This document shows, piece after piece, positions 8,833 through 17,789 of a stretch of 32,000 nt of DNA. The notes beneath the pieces were generated by a model. It worked only from the letters and a program-made list of their open reading frames with translations, was not told the origin of the DNA and made no database searches. This DNA is from an uncultured Planctomycetota bacterium (lineage in GTDB: Bacteria; Planctomycetota; Planctomycetia; Planctomycetales; Planctomycetaceae), in contig CAMTWR010000043.1 of the NCBI GenBank assembly GCA_947085455.1, positions 71,569 to 103,568 on the forward strand, written 5' to 3'. Both the position numbers and the translations under genes were made by a program. Positions within the stretch are counted from its first letter, which is position 1. Each line of letters opens with the position of its first letter.

Positions 8833-11800
8833 ATGATCAACCTGCTTTCCATCATCACGTCGACAGATTCTGACGTTCGTAATCGGTCGCTCGACAGAGA
8901 ATGTCGAGACCTCTCACCGGAACAGTTGCTGCGCGAATGTGAAGAGCTGGATGCATTCCGCCGCAGCAGTGAAAATCTCTACGATCGAGTTCGCTGTCTG
9001 TTCTTCCTTTACGCCATTCATCGTTTTCATCTTCCGACACAGTTGACCGGCCGTGAGAGCGGCCACATTCCCTACAATGCTTACGAACACATGCTGAATC
9101 GGCGCTATCCCGAAGCGCTGGATGTCTTTTTGATCAAGCTGCGGAATGATGGCCCATCCATCTCGCTGTCCAGTGCACTCGGTGAAGCTTACCATCGACT
9201 CGCGTTCCAGACTCTGGCCGACCAGGTCCGTCGCAGCGTTCGAACGGTACGAGGCAATCAGTGGATGTTCCGCACCGGACACCCGGCCGATGTGCCACTC
9301 CGACTTCATCCGGAACTATTGCAAATCGATCCGGTAACGGGCAGCTATCCCGTCCTGCGTGAACGCACAGCCGTGCGCATGGATTTTTCGCACAGCGGCT
9401 GGAGCGATATTTTCTTTCTGGGTATGGATTATCCCGAAGGCGCGAAAGTCATCAACGCGTCAATCGATCTCGCCGTGCGCGGCAGGCACCGTCAGCCAGA
9501 ACCTCCCATCGACTGCAGTCTGCGAGTTATCGACGAGCCGGTTCTGCGACTGATCAGTATCGACCTGAACGCGAGAGTGGAAATCCATGAAATCAATGAA
9601 GTCTTCGATTTCGCGCGCGACTATCTTGGCCTGATCAAAGGCGCGGTGATTGCCGCGGGGTTGATACCACCAGGGATGGAAGGTTGCGGCGGCAAAGTCG
9701 CTGATGTCTTTTCACGTATGATTGGTCCCGGACTGGGACTGGAAATCGCAAGTCGCGTCAACGATATCCCCAAGGGATCGCGTCTTGCCGTATCAACCAA
9801 CCTGCTCGGTTCGCTGATCTCGATGTGCATGCGGGCGACCAATCAGGTTTCATCCTTGACCGGTCAGCTGCAGGAATCCGACAGACGTATCGTGGCGGCT
9901 CGAGCAATTCTCGGCGAGTGGATCGGCGGTTCCGGTGGAGGCTGGCAGGATTCCGGTGGCGTATGGCCCGGCATTAAACTCATTCAGGGCTGCACCGCGG
10001 GAGCGGACGATCCGGAATTCGGAATTAGTCGCGGCCGGCTGATGCCTCAACACCATGTTTTCACCGCTGATGAAGTTTCCAAAGCCACTCGCCAGCGTCT
10101 TCAGGACAGTCTGGTTCTGGTGCATGGCGGCATGGCTCAGAATGTCGGACCGATTCTGGAAATGGTCACCGAGAAGTACCTGCTGCGCTGCGAGGCCGAA
10201 TGGACCGCGCGACAGGATGCCATCGGACTGCTCGATCAGATCACAGCGTCCTTGAAATCCGGCAATATTCAGGATGTCGGCGCTGCAACTCATCGCAATT
10301 TTCATGAGCCATTGCAGGCGATTATTCCCTGGTGCAGCAACGCTTACACGGAACGCCTGATTGAAGAATGCCGCGCGAAGTATGGAACTCGTTTCCATGG
10401 CTTCTGGATGCTGGGCGGCATGGCAGGCGGTGGTATGGGATTCATCTTTGATCCTGCGGTGCGCGAGGAAGCGCAGGACTGGCTGCAGGAAATGATGCTG
10501 CAGGTCAAACGCAGCATGGAAGCCTGTGTTCCTTTCGCAATGGACCCCGTCGTTTATGACTTTGCGATCAATGACAACGGTACGTTTGCCGAACTGCGAA
10601 CGGATGCCAGCCTGCCGAAAGGGTACTACGCGCTGATGGTCCCGGACTGGCTTCGCAAAGGTCTGTCTGAACTGTCGCCGATGACGCGAATCGAATTGGA
10701 ACGAGTTGGAAATGCCTGTCGAGATGGGAATGGCAGCAACGATCTCGCGGCCCATCTCATACAGAGAATTCTGCCGTCAACATCGAAAGAAGCTCGGCAG
10801 TCGGCGCGTCTCGAGGATCAGCTGAGAGACAACGGATTTGATCCGATTGCTCATGAGCAACTTCGAGAAGATCTCAGAGCCGGTCGACTTGGCATGGCTC
10901 AAAACCGACTGCATGCCTCCGTCACCATTGAAGACGTCTCCGCGTCAGAAGTTCTGGAAGCCCGCAGAGATATCCCGGCATCGGCATTGGAGGCCGGCCG
11001 AAAAGCCATCGCAGCCGGCGAGGTCGCCGTGGTATCGCTGGCCGCAGGTGTGGGCAGCCGATGGACTCAGGGCGCCGGCGTTGTCAAAGCGTTGAATCCT
11101 TTCTGCAAAATGCAGGGGAAGTGGCGTTCTTTTCTGGAAATCCATTTTGCCAAAACTCGCAAGGTTGCTCAGCAATTTGGAATCTCACCGTTGCATGTGG
11201 TCACATCCGGCTATCTGACCGATGGCCCGCTGCGTGAAGCGGCCGCTCGTATGGACAACAGCGGAATGCTGCGAGTCTCAGGCGGCGCGTCGGTGGGTCT
11301 GCGAATGGTTCCGACACTGCGAGACCTGCAGTTTGCATGGGAAGAAATGGCTCAGCAGGTTCTGGATCAGCAAAAAGAAAAAGTCCGCACAAGCCTGCGT
11401 GCGGCGCTGATGAACTGGGCACGAACGTCCGGAGAATCTTCGGACTATCGCGACAATCTGCCATCACAATGTATGCACCCTGTGGGCCACTGGTACGAAG
11501 TGCCCAACATGCTTCGAAACGGCACGCTGCGTCAGATGCTGATCGATCGTCCGCAGCTGAAGTACATCATGCTTCACAACATTGATACGCTCGGGGCCAA
11601 CGTTGATGCAGGATGTCTGGGCCTGCACATTCAGTCAAACGCAGATTTGTCCTTTGAAGTTATCAGTCGACGTCTGGAAGATCGCGGTGGCGGACTGGCA
11701 AAAGTCGATGGGCGAGTCCGATTGGTCGAAGGACTGGCGATGCCGCGGGAGCAGGATGAGTTTCACTTGTCGTGGTACAACTCGCTGACGACCTGGATCG

Positions 11801-12135
11801 ATATCGACAGGATGCTGAAAATCTTCGGACTGACTCGCGGCTCACTGGCCGATCAGAAGGCCGTTGATGCTGCCATCCGAGAACTCGGTCGGCGTATGCC
11901 AACGTACATTACCCTGAAGGAAGTTAAGAAACGCTGGGGCAATGGCCAGGAAGATGTGTTTCCAGTGTCTCAGTTTGAAAAACTCTGGGGCGATATGACA
12001 GCACTGTCCGACGTCAATTGCGAGTTTCTTACTGTTCCGACTCTGCGAGGTCAGCAGTTAAAAGACCCGGCTCAATTGGATGGCTGGTTGCGCGATGGAT
12101 CTGCCGCCTTCGTGGAATCACTCTGCCAGTGGTAA
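8833..12135 (+). CDS. 1100-aa fusion of an unknown N-domain, a fucokinase-type GHMP-kinase-like domain and a UDPGP-family nucleotidyltransferase domain
   Basis: The GHMP region shows GGSGGGWQDSGGVWPGIK (GGWQDQ-type), LVLVHGGMAQNVGPIL and WMLGGMAGGGMGFIF. Its phosphate loop is degenerate (PKGSRLAVST versus PxGSGLGSS). The C-terminal part has VAVVSLAAGVGSRW...LHNIDTLGANVD, which is typical of UDP-sugar pyrophosphorylases. Confidence 0.65.
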   Translation: MINLLSIITSTDSDVRNRSLDRECRDLSPEQLLRECEELDAFRRSSENLYDRVRCLFFLYAIHRFHLPTQLTGRESGHIPYNAYEHMLNRRYPEALDVFLIKLRNDGPSISLSSALGEAYHRLAFQTLADQVRRSVRTVRGNQWMFRTGHPADVPLRLHPELLQIDPVTGSYPVLRERTAVRMDFSHSGWSDIFFLGMDYPEGAKVINASIDLAVRGRHRQPEPPIDCSLRVIDEPVLRLISIDLNARVEIHEINEVFDFARDYLGLIKGAVIAAGLIPPGMEGCGGKVADVFSRMIGPGLGLEIASRVNDIPKGSRLAVSTNLLGSLISMCMRATNQVSSLTGQLQESDRRIVAARAILGEWIGGSGGGWQDSGGVWPGIKLIQGCTAGADDPEFGISRGRLMPQHHVFTADEVSKATRQRLQDSLVLVHGGMAQNVGPILEMVTEKYLLRCEAEWTARQDAIGLLDQITASLKSGNIQDVGAATHRNFHEPLQAIIPWCSNAYTERLIEECRAKYGTRFHGFWMLGGMAGGGMGFIFDPAVREEAQDWLQEMMLQVKRSMEACVPFAMDPVVYDFAINDNGTFAELRTDASLPKGYYALMVPDWLRKGLSELSPMTRIELERVGNACRDGNGSNDLAAHLIQRILPSTSKEARQSARLEDQLRDNGFDPIAHEQLREDLRAGRLGMAQNRLHASVTIEDVSASEVLEARRDIPASALEAGRKAIAAGEVAVVSLAAGVGSRWTQGAGVVKALNPFCKMQGKWRSFLEIHFAKTRKVAQQFGISPLHVVTSGYLTDGPLREAAARMDNSGMLRVSGGASVGLRMVPTLRDLQFAWEEMAQQVLDQQKEKVRTSLRAALMNWARTSGESSDYRDNLPSQCMHPVGHWYEVPNMLRNGTLRQMLIDRPQLKYIMLHNIDTLGANVDAGCLGLHIQSNADLSFEVISRRLEDRGGGLAKVDGRVRLVEGLAMPREQDEFHLSWYNSLTTWIDIDRMLKIFGLTRGSLADQKAVDAAIRELGRRMPTYITLKEVKKRWGNGQEDVFPVSQFEKLWGDMTALSDVNCEFLTVPTLRGQQLKDPAQLDGWLRDGSAAFVESLCQW

Positions 12136-12699
12136 TGCGAATTCCACTTCTGGCTCAGGTTCTGTAGCTTGTTCTGTGTCCATCACGTCTTCGTTTTCTG
12201 GTTCCGCAAAGGCTGTCCTGATCCGTGTGCGAAACTGCTTCATCTGCTCCGTATCCGGCTCAAAAACGATTTCGACCTTCAATCCAATCTGGAACCAGCC
12301 GCCCGGACGTTCCGACCGATGTCTCACCTGCGTCACAAAAAATCGCCAGGCATTTTCCATGTCGCCAACGGCAACGATGAATCGATCGGCCTTCGGCTGC
12401 ACTGGCACAAGTACTCCGAAACCCTGACGTCGCAGATCGCAGGTAGCCGCTGGAATGGCACGACCCATATCTGTGTCTTCGCCGATCGGTCCCGCACTGA
12501 TCGGGACCAGCCAGACACCGATCGTCACGCTTCGAGAACTTTCGCCCCGCCGACTCTGCGCTACACCCGTCTCATAGGGCATTGCGGCCATATCAAATTG
12601 ACTCAACAACCGCGCGAGCGCGATCTCAGCCTGCTTGCGCGGATCGCGGCGATTCAACATGCCTCCAAGAGTGCTTAAGATCGGCAGTCGTTCAAACAT
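12118..12699 (-). CDS. Hypothetical protein, possibly PilZ-like, with an acidic C-terminal tail
   Basis: First ATG is at 12699 with GGGAAA upstream. The RRGESSR...CDLRRQGFGVLVP...GWFQIGLKV pattern loosely follows the PilZ RxxxR / DxSxxG beta-barrel layout. Its 3' end overlaps the convergent 8833..12135 gene by 18 nt. Confidence 0.35.
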   Translation of the reverse strand: MFERLPILSTLGGMLNRRDPRKQAEIALARLLSQFDMAAMPYETGVAQSRRGESSRSVTIGVWLVPISAGPIGEDTDMGRAIPAATCDLRRQGFGVLVPVQPKADRFIVAVGDMENAWRFFVTQVRHRSERPGGWFQIGLKVEIVFEPDTEQMKQFRTRIRTAFAEPENEDVMDTEQATEPEPEVEFALPLAE

Positions 12700-12822
12700 C
12701 GTGTCATTTCCCAAAAGTATAATTGCCCTGGAAAGTATTGGTTATGCACGCTCTGAATCGGGTTTTTGAATACGAATTCTGATTTATGGTCATCACCTCT
12801 GGGCGGATCTGCACGATTGTGA

Positions 12823-12850
12823 CTCGTGCGAGTGGCTCGTGCGAGTGGCT
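12823..12850. repeat. Tandem 13-mer (ctcgtgcgagtgg x2 plus a partial copy)
   Basis: Two perfect adjacent copies at 12823-12835 and 12836-12848, in an ORF-poor gap. Confidence 0.9.
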
Positions 12851-12899
12851 GTTTTTCCTACTGAAGGAGCCAGCAGAAACGATCAAACGTCACATTGTC

Positions 12900-12921
12900 G
12901 CCTGAAGCCTGAAGCCTGAAG
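12900..12921. repeat. Tandem heptamer (cctgaag x3)
   Basis: Three perfect adjacent copies, read directly from the sequence. Confidence 0.9.
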
Positions 12922-13442
12922 ATGGTTGAGAAAACGGTACATGCTGAATTCACGCAATCGTTACGATCGGTCTTTCCAGGGAAGGGGCTCGCTCCAGCGA
13001 ATCCGATGAGCACTCCTGCATCCGACCTAAATGTCCCAAAAGTAACAGAACAGAGACCTTAATTTGGGCACGATGGTGCCGTGAGTGACGTTAAAAACGC
13101 AATCGTTAAGTGGGTCCGAGAATTTGCCAACGCACTTCGTAAAATTGTGGACTAAGTTGTCTCGAAAGACCGTAATTCCTCCGTGAGTACCTCAATTCCC
13201 CCATGGGCGAAGTTTGACTTTAGACGCGATGTTCGTCTCCTCTCTTGTTGAGAGGTATCTGGATTTCTAGACTTCCGTTCTCGTTTAAGAGTCCACAATC
13301 GCGTACTCTTCGCGGTTATGAAGTTCGACAGAGTTCTCATTTTCGTGCAAGTCACGCCGATCTGGGACGCGAAACCCCTGTCTATCCCTCAACAGCCCCC
13401 AATTCAAATCAATACCCGGCGTTTAATTCCAGGATGTGAACC

Positions 13443-14189
13443 TTGAGAGCGTTGATCAGCGACATACACGGCAATCTTGAAGCATTGCAAGCCGTGCTGG
13501 CGGATATCCGACAACGCGGCATCAAAGAGATCTATTGCCTTGGCGATATCGTCGGATATGGGCCCAATCCGGCCGAGTGCATCGATCTGGTGATGGATCT
13601 GGACATGTGCCTGCTGGGCAACCACGATCAGGCGGCGTTGTTTGATCCTGAAGGATTTAACGCCGGTGCTGAACGAGCAATTTTCTGGACTCGGTCTGTC
13701 CTCGAAAAGGGGATCGGCCCGAAAGCTGAAAAACGATGGGATTTTCTGGGCGAATTGAATCGCCGGTATCGCGACGAAGTGACCAACACGATGTATGTGC
13801 ATGGTTCAGCTCGCAACCCTTTGAATGAGTATGTCTTTCCCGACGACATCTACAATCAGGTCAAGATGGAGAAAATCTTTGCCCTTGTGGAACAGTACTG
13901 TTTTCAGGGACATACTCATATTCCGGGAGTGTTCACGGAGGCGCTGGAGTTCTTTGCGCCGGAAGAGATCGGCGGAAAATATCGCCTCGATAAACAGAAA
14001 CTGATGATCAATGTGGGCTCCGTCGGACAGCCACGCAACAACGACCCTCGCTCATCCTATGCGGTGTTCAATGGCGATACGGTGGAATTTCATCGTGTTA
14101 GCTACGACCTCGAAAAAACTGTAGAGAAAATCTACGCGATTCCAGAACTGGATAACTTCCTCGGCGATCGCCTCCGCGAAGGCCGCTGA
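13443..14189 (+). CDS. Metallophosphoesterase (calcineurin-like phosphoesterase superfamily)
   Basis: All MPP motifs are present: [25 protein letters not shown] and GHTH. It uses a TTG start with aggatg upstream. Confidence 0.8.
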   Translation: MRALISDIHGNLEALQAVLADIRQRGIKEIYCLGDIVGYGPNPAECIDLVMDLDMCLLGNHDQAALFDPEGFNAGAERAIFWTRSVLEKGIGPKAEKRWDFLGELNRRYRDEVTNTMYVHGSARNPLNEYVFPDDIYNQVKMEKIFALVEQYCFQGHTHIPGVFTEALEFFAPEEIGGKYRLDKQKLMINVGSVGQPRNNDPRSSYAVFNGDTVEFHRVSYDLEKTVEKIYAIPELDNFLGDRLREGR

Positions 14190-14258
14190 TCGGCCCCATA
14201 CCAGAGTTGGCGCCGACCACACTGGCACTGCATTAACGACTATGCGCCGATGCACGCT

Positions 14259-14302
14259 TTTTGAAGTTGCGTGCTTGTGACTATCCCAACGCGAAGCGTC
14301 AT
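14259..14302. repeat. 44-nt intergenic repeat, copy B
   Basis: ttttgaagttgcgtgcttgtgactatcccaacgcgaagcgtcat is 38/44 identical to 5690-5733. It starts 70 nt after the stop of a plus-strand gene. Confidence 0.8.
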
Positions 14303-14788
14303 GATAAAGGCCTGAATTTCAGCATGCTTTATCAAACGCACGCCCGAAGCTCGCAGCTTGAAAATGCGAACGCGGGAACTCACGGAAACGCTGGCGTTTG
14401 ATTCCGTCACTGCAACGTCAATGCATCGCTAACGCTGCGTGAGGCAGGGCGACGCAACTGAGTCTCGCACTTTTCGACGGCAGCGTTCTCAACGGCTTCT
14501 AACCATTGTTCCTTTAACCATGTGAGGAACATCGCTGCAGGCTCGCTTCAAATCCCGGCTCAAATGCTGGACACCACACAGCCACTGCAGGATACTCCCT
14601 CCGCAAACATCGACACTCCGCGACGTGATGTGTCATTGCACAGACAGCAGACGTTAACAGTCTAATTCCTGCGACAGCAATCTGCCAAAACATCGAAAAC
14701 AGATGGGGCAACCGGCAGCTCGCAGAGAACCGGCTATCGCCTGGTCCCATTGATACACTTCATAAATGATGACAACGGACGTAACAGC

Positions 14789-15799
14789 ATGACTGTCGAT
14801 GACCAGTTAAAGAAACAACTGGATGATTTTCGCAAGGACTTTCACCGGCTGCGAACTGAAATCTCGCGAGTGATCGTCGGCCAGAACGAGATTCTCGACG
14901 ACACGCTGATTGCTCTGATCGCAGGTGGGCATGTTTTGCTGGAAGGCGTACCGGGGTTGGGCAAGACCTTAACCGTTCGAACACTTGCCGATGCTTTGCA
15001 TCTGGATTTCCGCCGAATTCAGTTCACTCCCGACCTCATGCCTGCGGATCTGATCGGAACTCAGGTGATTGCCGAAGCCGCTGATGGTCGCAAAGTGTTT
15101 GAATTCCAGAAGGGCCCTCTATTTTCCAACGTCCTGCTCGCGGACGAGATTAACCGCGCGACTCCAAAGACCCAGTCCGCACTTCTGGAAGCCATGCAGG
15201 AACACTCTGTCACCGTCGCCGGCGTAACTCACCGACTGTCCGAACCATTTTTCGTTATGGCCACTCAGAATCCTCTGGAGATGGAAGGCACCTATCCGCT
15301 GCCCGAAGCGCAGCTCGATCGTTTCTTTGTAAAGCTGCTGGTGAAATACCCGTCGGTTTCTGATCTGGAGGTGATCCTGGATCGCACGACAGAGAACATA
15401 AAACCCCGTGCTGAAAGTGTGCTCACCGGCGAACGGATTCTGGAGATGTCTCACCTGTCCAGGCAGATCCCGATTGCGGCCGACGTGCGTCGCTATGGAA
15501 TTGCGCTGATCGTCGCATCGCATCCTGATCACGAACTGGCCTCAGCCGCTGCTCGAAAATATATTCGCTATGGGGCCAGCCCGCGTGGCCTCCAGGCCCT
15601 GATCCTGGGCGCGAAGATTCGAGCGATTCTGGATCATCGTTACCATGTTGCACGCGAAGATCTCAAAGCCATGGCAATGCCAGTCCTGCGCCACCGTATG
15701 ATTCTGAATTTTGAAGGACAGGCGGAAGGCATCAGCACCGACGATGTGATTCGCAAAATGCTGACTGATATCAGTGAAGATGCCCTGTCCGTCGCTTAG
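14789..15799 (+). CDS. MoxR-family AAA+ ATPase
   Basis: Walker A is GVPGLGKT and Walker B is LLADEINR. SALLEAMQE and ATQNPLEMEGTYPLPEAQLDRF are diagnostic of MoxR/AAA_3. ATG 14789 was chosen over the upstream TTG at 14750. Confidence 0.9.
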   Translation: MTVDDQLKKQLDDFRKDFHRLRTEISRVIVGQNEILDDTLIALIAGGHVLLEGVPGLGKTLTVRTLADALHLDFRRIQFTPDLMPADLIGTQVIAEAADGRKVFEFQKGPLFSNVLLADEINRATPKTQSALLEAMQEHSVTVAGVTHRLSEPFFVMATQNPLEMEGTYPLPEAQLDRFFVKLLVKYPSVSDLEVILDRTTENIKPRAESVLTGERILEMSHLSRQIPIAADVRRYGIALIVASHPDHELASAAARKYIRYGASPRGLQALILGAKIRAILDHRYHVAREDLKAMAMPVLRHRMILNFEGQAEGISTDDVIRKMLTDISEDALSVA

Positions 15800-15865
15800 A
15801 ACTTCCTGCTGCCAATCGGCCATGCCGAAGCCTGATTTCCGTTCATCATCTTCCCGAAACGCCTC

Positions 15866-16738
15866 ATGCTGTTCCCCTCCGACTTTCTGACGCGACTTGA
15901 ATACCTTGCGATCGTCTCGAAGCGAGTGTTCCGAGGCCAGCTGCTGGCACAGCGGCGAACGATGCAGATGGGTTCTGGTATTGAGTTCTCTGAACACCGC
16001 GAATATACGACCGGCGATGACCTGCGTTACCTCGACTGGAACATCTACGCGCGGCATGGCGATCTGCTGCTGAAGCGTTTTCAGGAAGAACAGGATCTGC
16101 GCGTCTATGTGCTGCTGGATTGCTCCCGCAGCATGGCGTTTGGAAGCCCGGCCAAGTTTGATCTGGCCAGACATCTGGCCGCTGCACTGGCTTACATCGC
16201 GCTCTCAGATCTGGACCGAATAGGAATCATCGCCTACGCCGATGGAGTGATCGCCGAGCTGCCGCTGACGCGCGGCAAGGCTCGTATTTTGCCCCTCATG
16301 AAGTTCCTGACAGATCTTCCCACCAGCGGCGCAGATACAGATCTTAGTAAAGCTGTGCAGGGCCTTGTTCATCGAGGAACTCGGTCAGGGCTGGCCATTG
16401 TGATTAGTGATCTGTTTGATGAACACGGGTTTCAGCGAGGTCTGGATCAGCTTCGTTATCATCGTTTCGACACGCATGTCATCCAGTTACACGATCCCAG
16501 GGAAGCGAATCCTGAACTCCTCGGCGACGCAGAACTTGAGGATATAGAAACCGGCACAGTCCGGAAGGTGACAGTCACGGAACGCAATCTTGCGACCTAC
16601 AAGAAACTGTTTTCTGACCACCAGACTGCTGTGAGAGACTACTGCCACAAGTATGCCATGAGCTGCACTCAGTCACCCACGACCGTTCCGTTCGACGAAC
16701 TGATCCTGCGAATGATGAGACAATCGGGTGCGATCTGA
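15866..16738 (+). CDS. DUF58 (vWA-like) protein, the usual MoxR partner
   Basis: Contains HREYTTGDDLRYLDWN and a DCSRSM MIDAS-like segment. It lies 66 nt downstream of the MoxR gene. Confidence 0.85.
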   Translation: MLFPSDFLTRLEYLAIVSKRVFRGQLLAQRRTMQMGSGIEFSEHREYTTGDDLRYLDWNIYARHGDLLLKRFQEEQDLRVYVLLDCSRSMAFGSPAKFDLARHLAAALAYIALSDLDRIGIIAYADGVIAELPLTRGKARILPLMKFLTDLPTSGADTDLSKAVQGLVHRGTRSGLAIVISDLFDEHGFQRGLDQLRYHRFDTHVIQLHDPREANPELLGDAELEDIETGTVRKVTVTERNLATYKKLFSDHQTAVRDYCHKYAMSCTQSPTTVPFDELILRMMRQSGAI

Positions 16739-16837
16739 GTCTGCAACTCGACAGGATTCCGGCCACTCACGGCGGACTGGCCGGAGTTGCACTTCGAACG
16801 GAACCCGATCCGGCAACGGCAACTGCGATATGGGAAT

Positions 16838-17554
16838 TCAGGTGCACTCAGCCTGACCATGGGCCTGAGAACGAAGCATCACACAGGAACCCGGCCGGAA
16901 TTCGGAACCAAAGCCAGGCTGGCTTTCTACCCAGATGCGTCCTTCCATCAGCTCAACCAGTCGGGAGCAAATGGCAAGCCCCAGTCCTGCGCCGCCAAAC
17001 TTTCTGGTCGCCGAAGAGTCAATCTGTTCGAACAACTTCAAGATATCCGTGGTCCTATCCTCCGGAATACCGATCCCGGAATCTGCGACGACGATATACA
17101 CCATGACGAGTCCATCTTCCACCGAATCAACAAAGATCTCCACGTGAATAAATCCGGCCTCCGTAAACTTAAAAGCATTGGTCAACAGATTGGTGATAAT
17201 CTGTCGAAGCCTTCCCGCATCGTATGATTGAAGATCAAATGACGCTGATTCTTCATCGCAGACTGTTCGGCAATCAGTCCGCTGCTGCTGCCTTTCGAGA
17301 AACAGGCCGCCCATGTCGGCAACCGTTAGCTCTTCAGACGACAGCCGAGCGACACCCGTTTTCCGGGGATCTCTCCCAGCTTGAATCTCGTGGACTTCAT
17401 CGAGATACTTCGACAGAACGGCGTTGGAATCTGCCCAAACACCAAAGAATCATTGTTTTCCCTTGATCTTTTTGCACCACTGTCCATTCTGGTGTGCGAA
17501 AAGCGGAAATTCGTGATACGGTTTCGCTGGTTTTGTGTCCGATACTGCTCCCAT
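16838..17554 (-). pseudogene. Chimeric relic: integrase N-terminus fused in frame to a histidine-kinase HATPase_c C-terminus, interrupted by TGA
   Basis: My own translation in a single frame reads MGAVSDTKPAKPYHEFPLFAHQNGQWCKKIKGKQ*FFGVWADSNAVLSKYLDEVHEIQAGRDPR...LTVADMGGLFLE, then RLRQIITNLLTNAFKFT...DSGIGIP...GGAGLGLAI (N, G1 and G2 boxes). The TGA is at 17450-17452. There is no HisKA H-box or sensor domain. Confidence 0.6.
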
Positions 17555-17633
17555 GTGTTTCTCGCTTCAGGTGTCGTCTCGATCAGAACCGCTGCCGAAA
17601 AGCGCAAAATAACCAGTTATTTTTAATAATAAA

Positions 17634-17707
17634 GCGCCCGTAGCTCAGTTGGATAGAGCGACCGCCTTCTAAGCGGTAGGTCAGTGGTTCGAATCCACTC
17701 GGGCGCA
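17634..17707 (+). tRNA. tRNA-Arg (anticodon TCT)
   Basis: A 74-nt cloverleaf: acceptor GCGCCCG/CGGGCGC, D-arm GCTC-AGTTGGATA-GAGC, anticodon stem ACCGC/GCGGT with loop CTTCTAA, and T-arm AGTGG-TTCGAAT-CCACT. CCA is not encoded. An AT-rich TAATAAT sits just upstream. Confidence 0.95.
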
Positions 17708-17789
17708 TTAAAGGAGAGTCCCGTTTTTGCCACTTTTGGCTAAAAACTGGCCTCCCTCATTTTTGCCTGACACCAACAGTTGACACCAA

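Noticed and set aside
9850-10755. 301-aa minus-strand ORF
   Set aside because: This is a shadow ORF lying entirely antisense to the motif-rich 1100-aa fusion gene, and it has no motifs of its own.
12169-12678. 169-aa plus-strand ORF opposite the PilZ-like gene
   Set aside because: It is His/Arg-rich and not protein-like. The minus-strand frame has a better start context and a coherent domain-plus-acidic-tail layout, although that call is itself weak.
15542-16174. 210-aa minus-strand ORF spanning the MoxR/DUF58 junction
   Set aside because: It is antisense to two genes with unambiguous motifs and also crosses their intergenic spacer.
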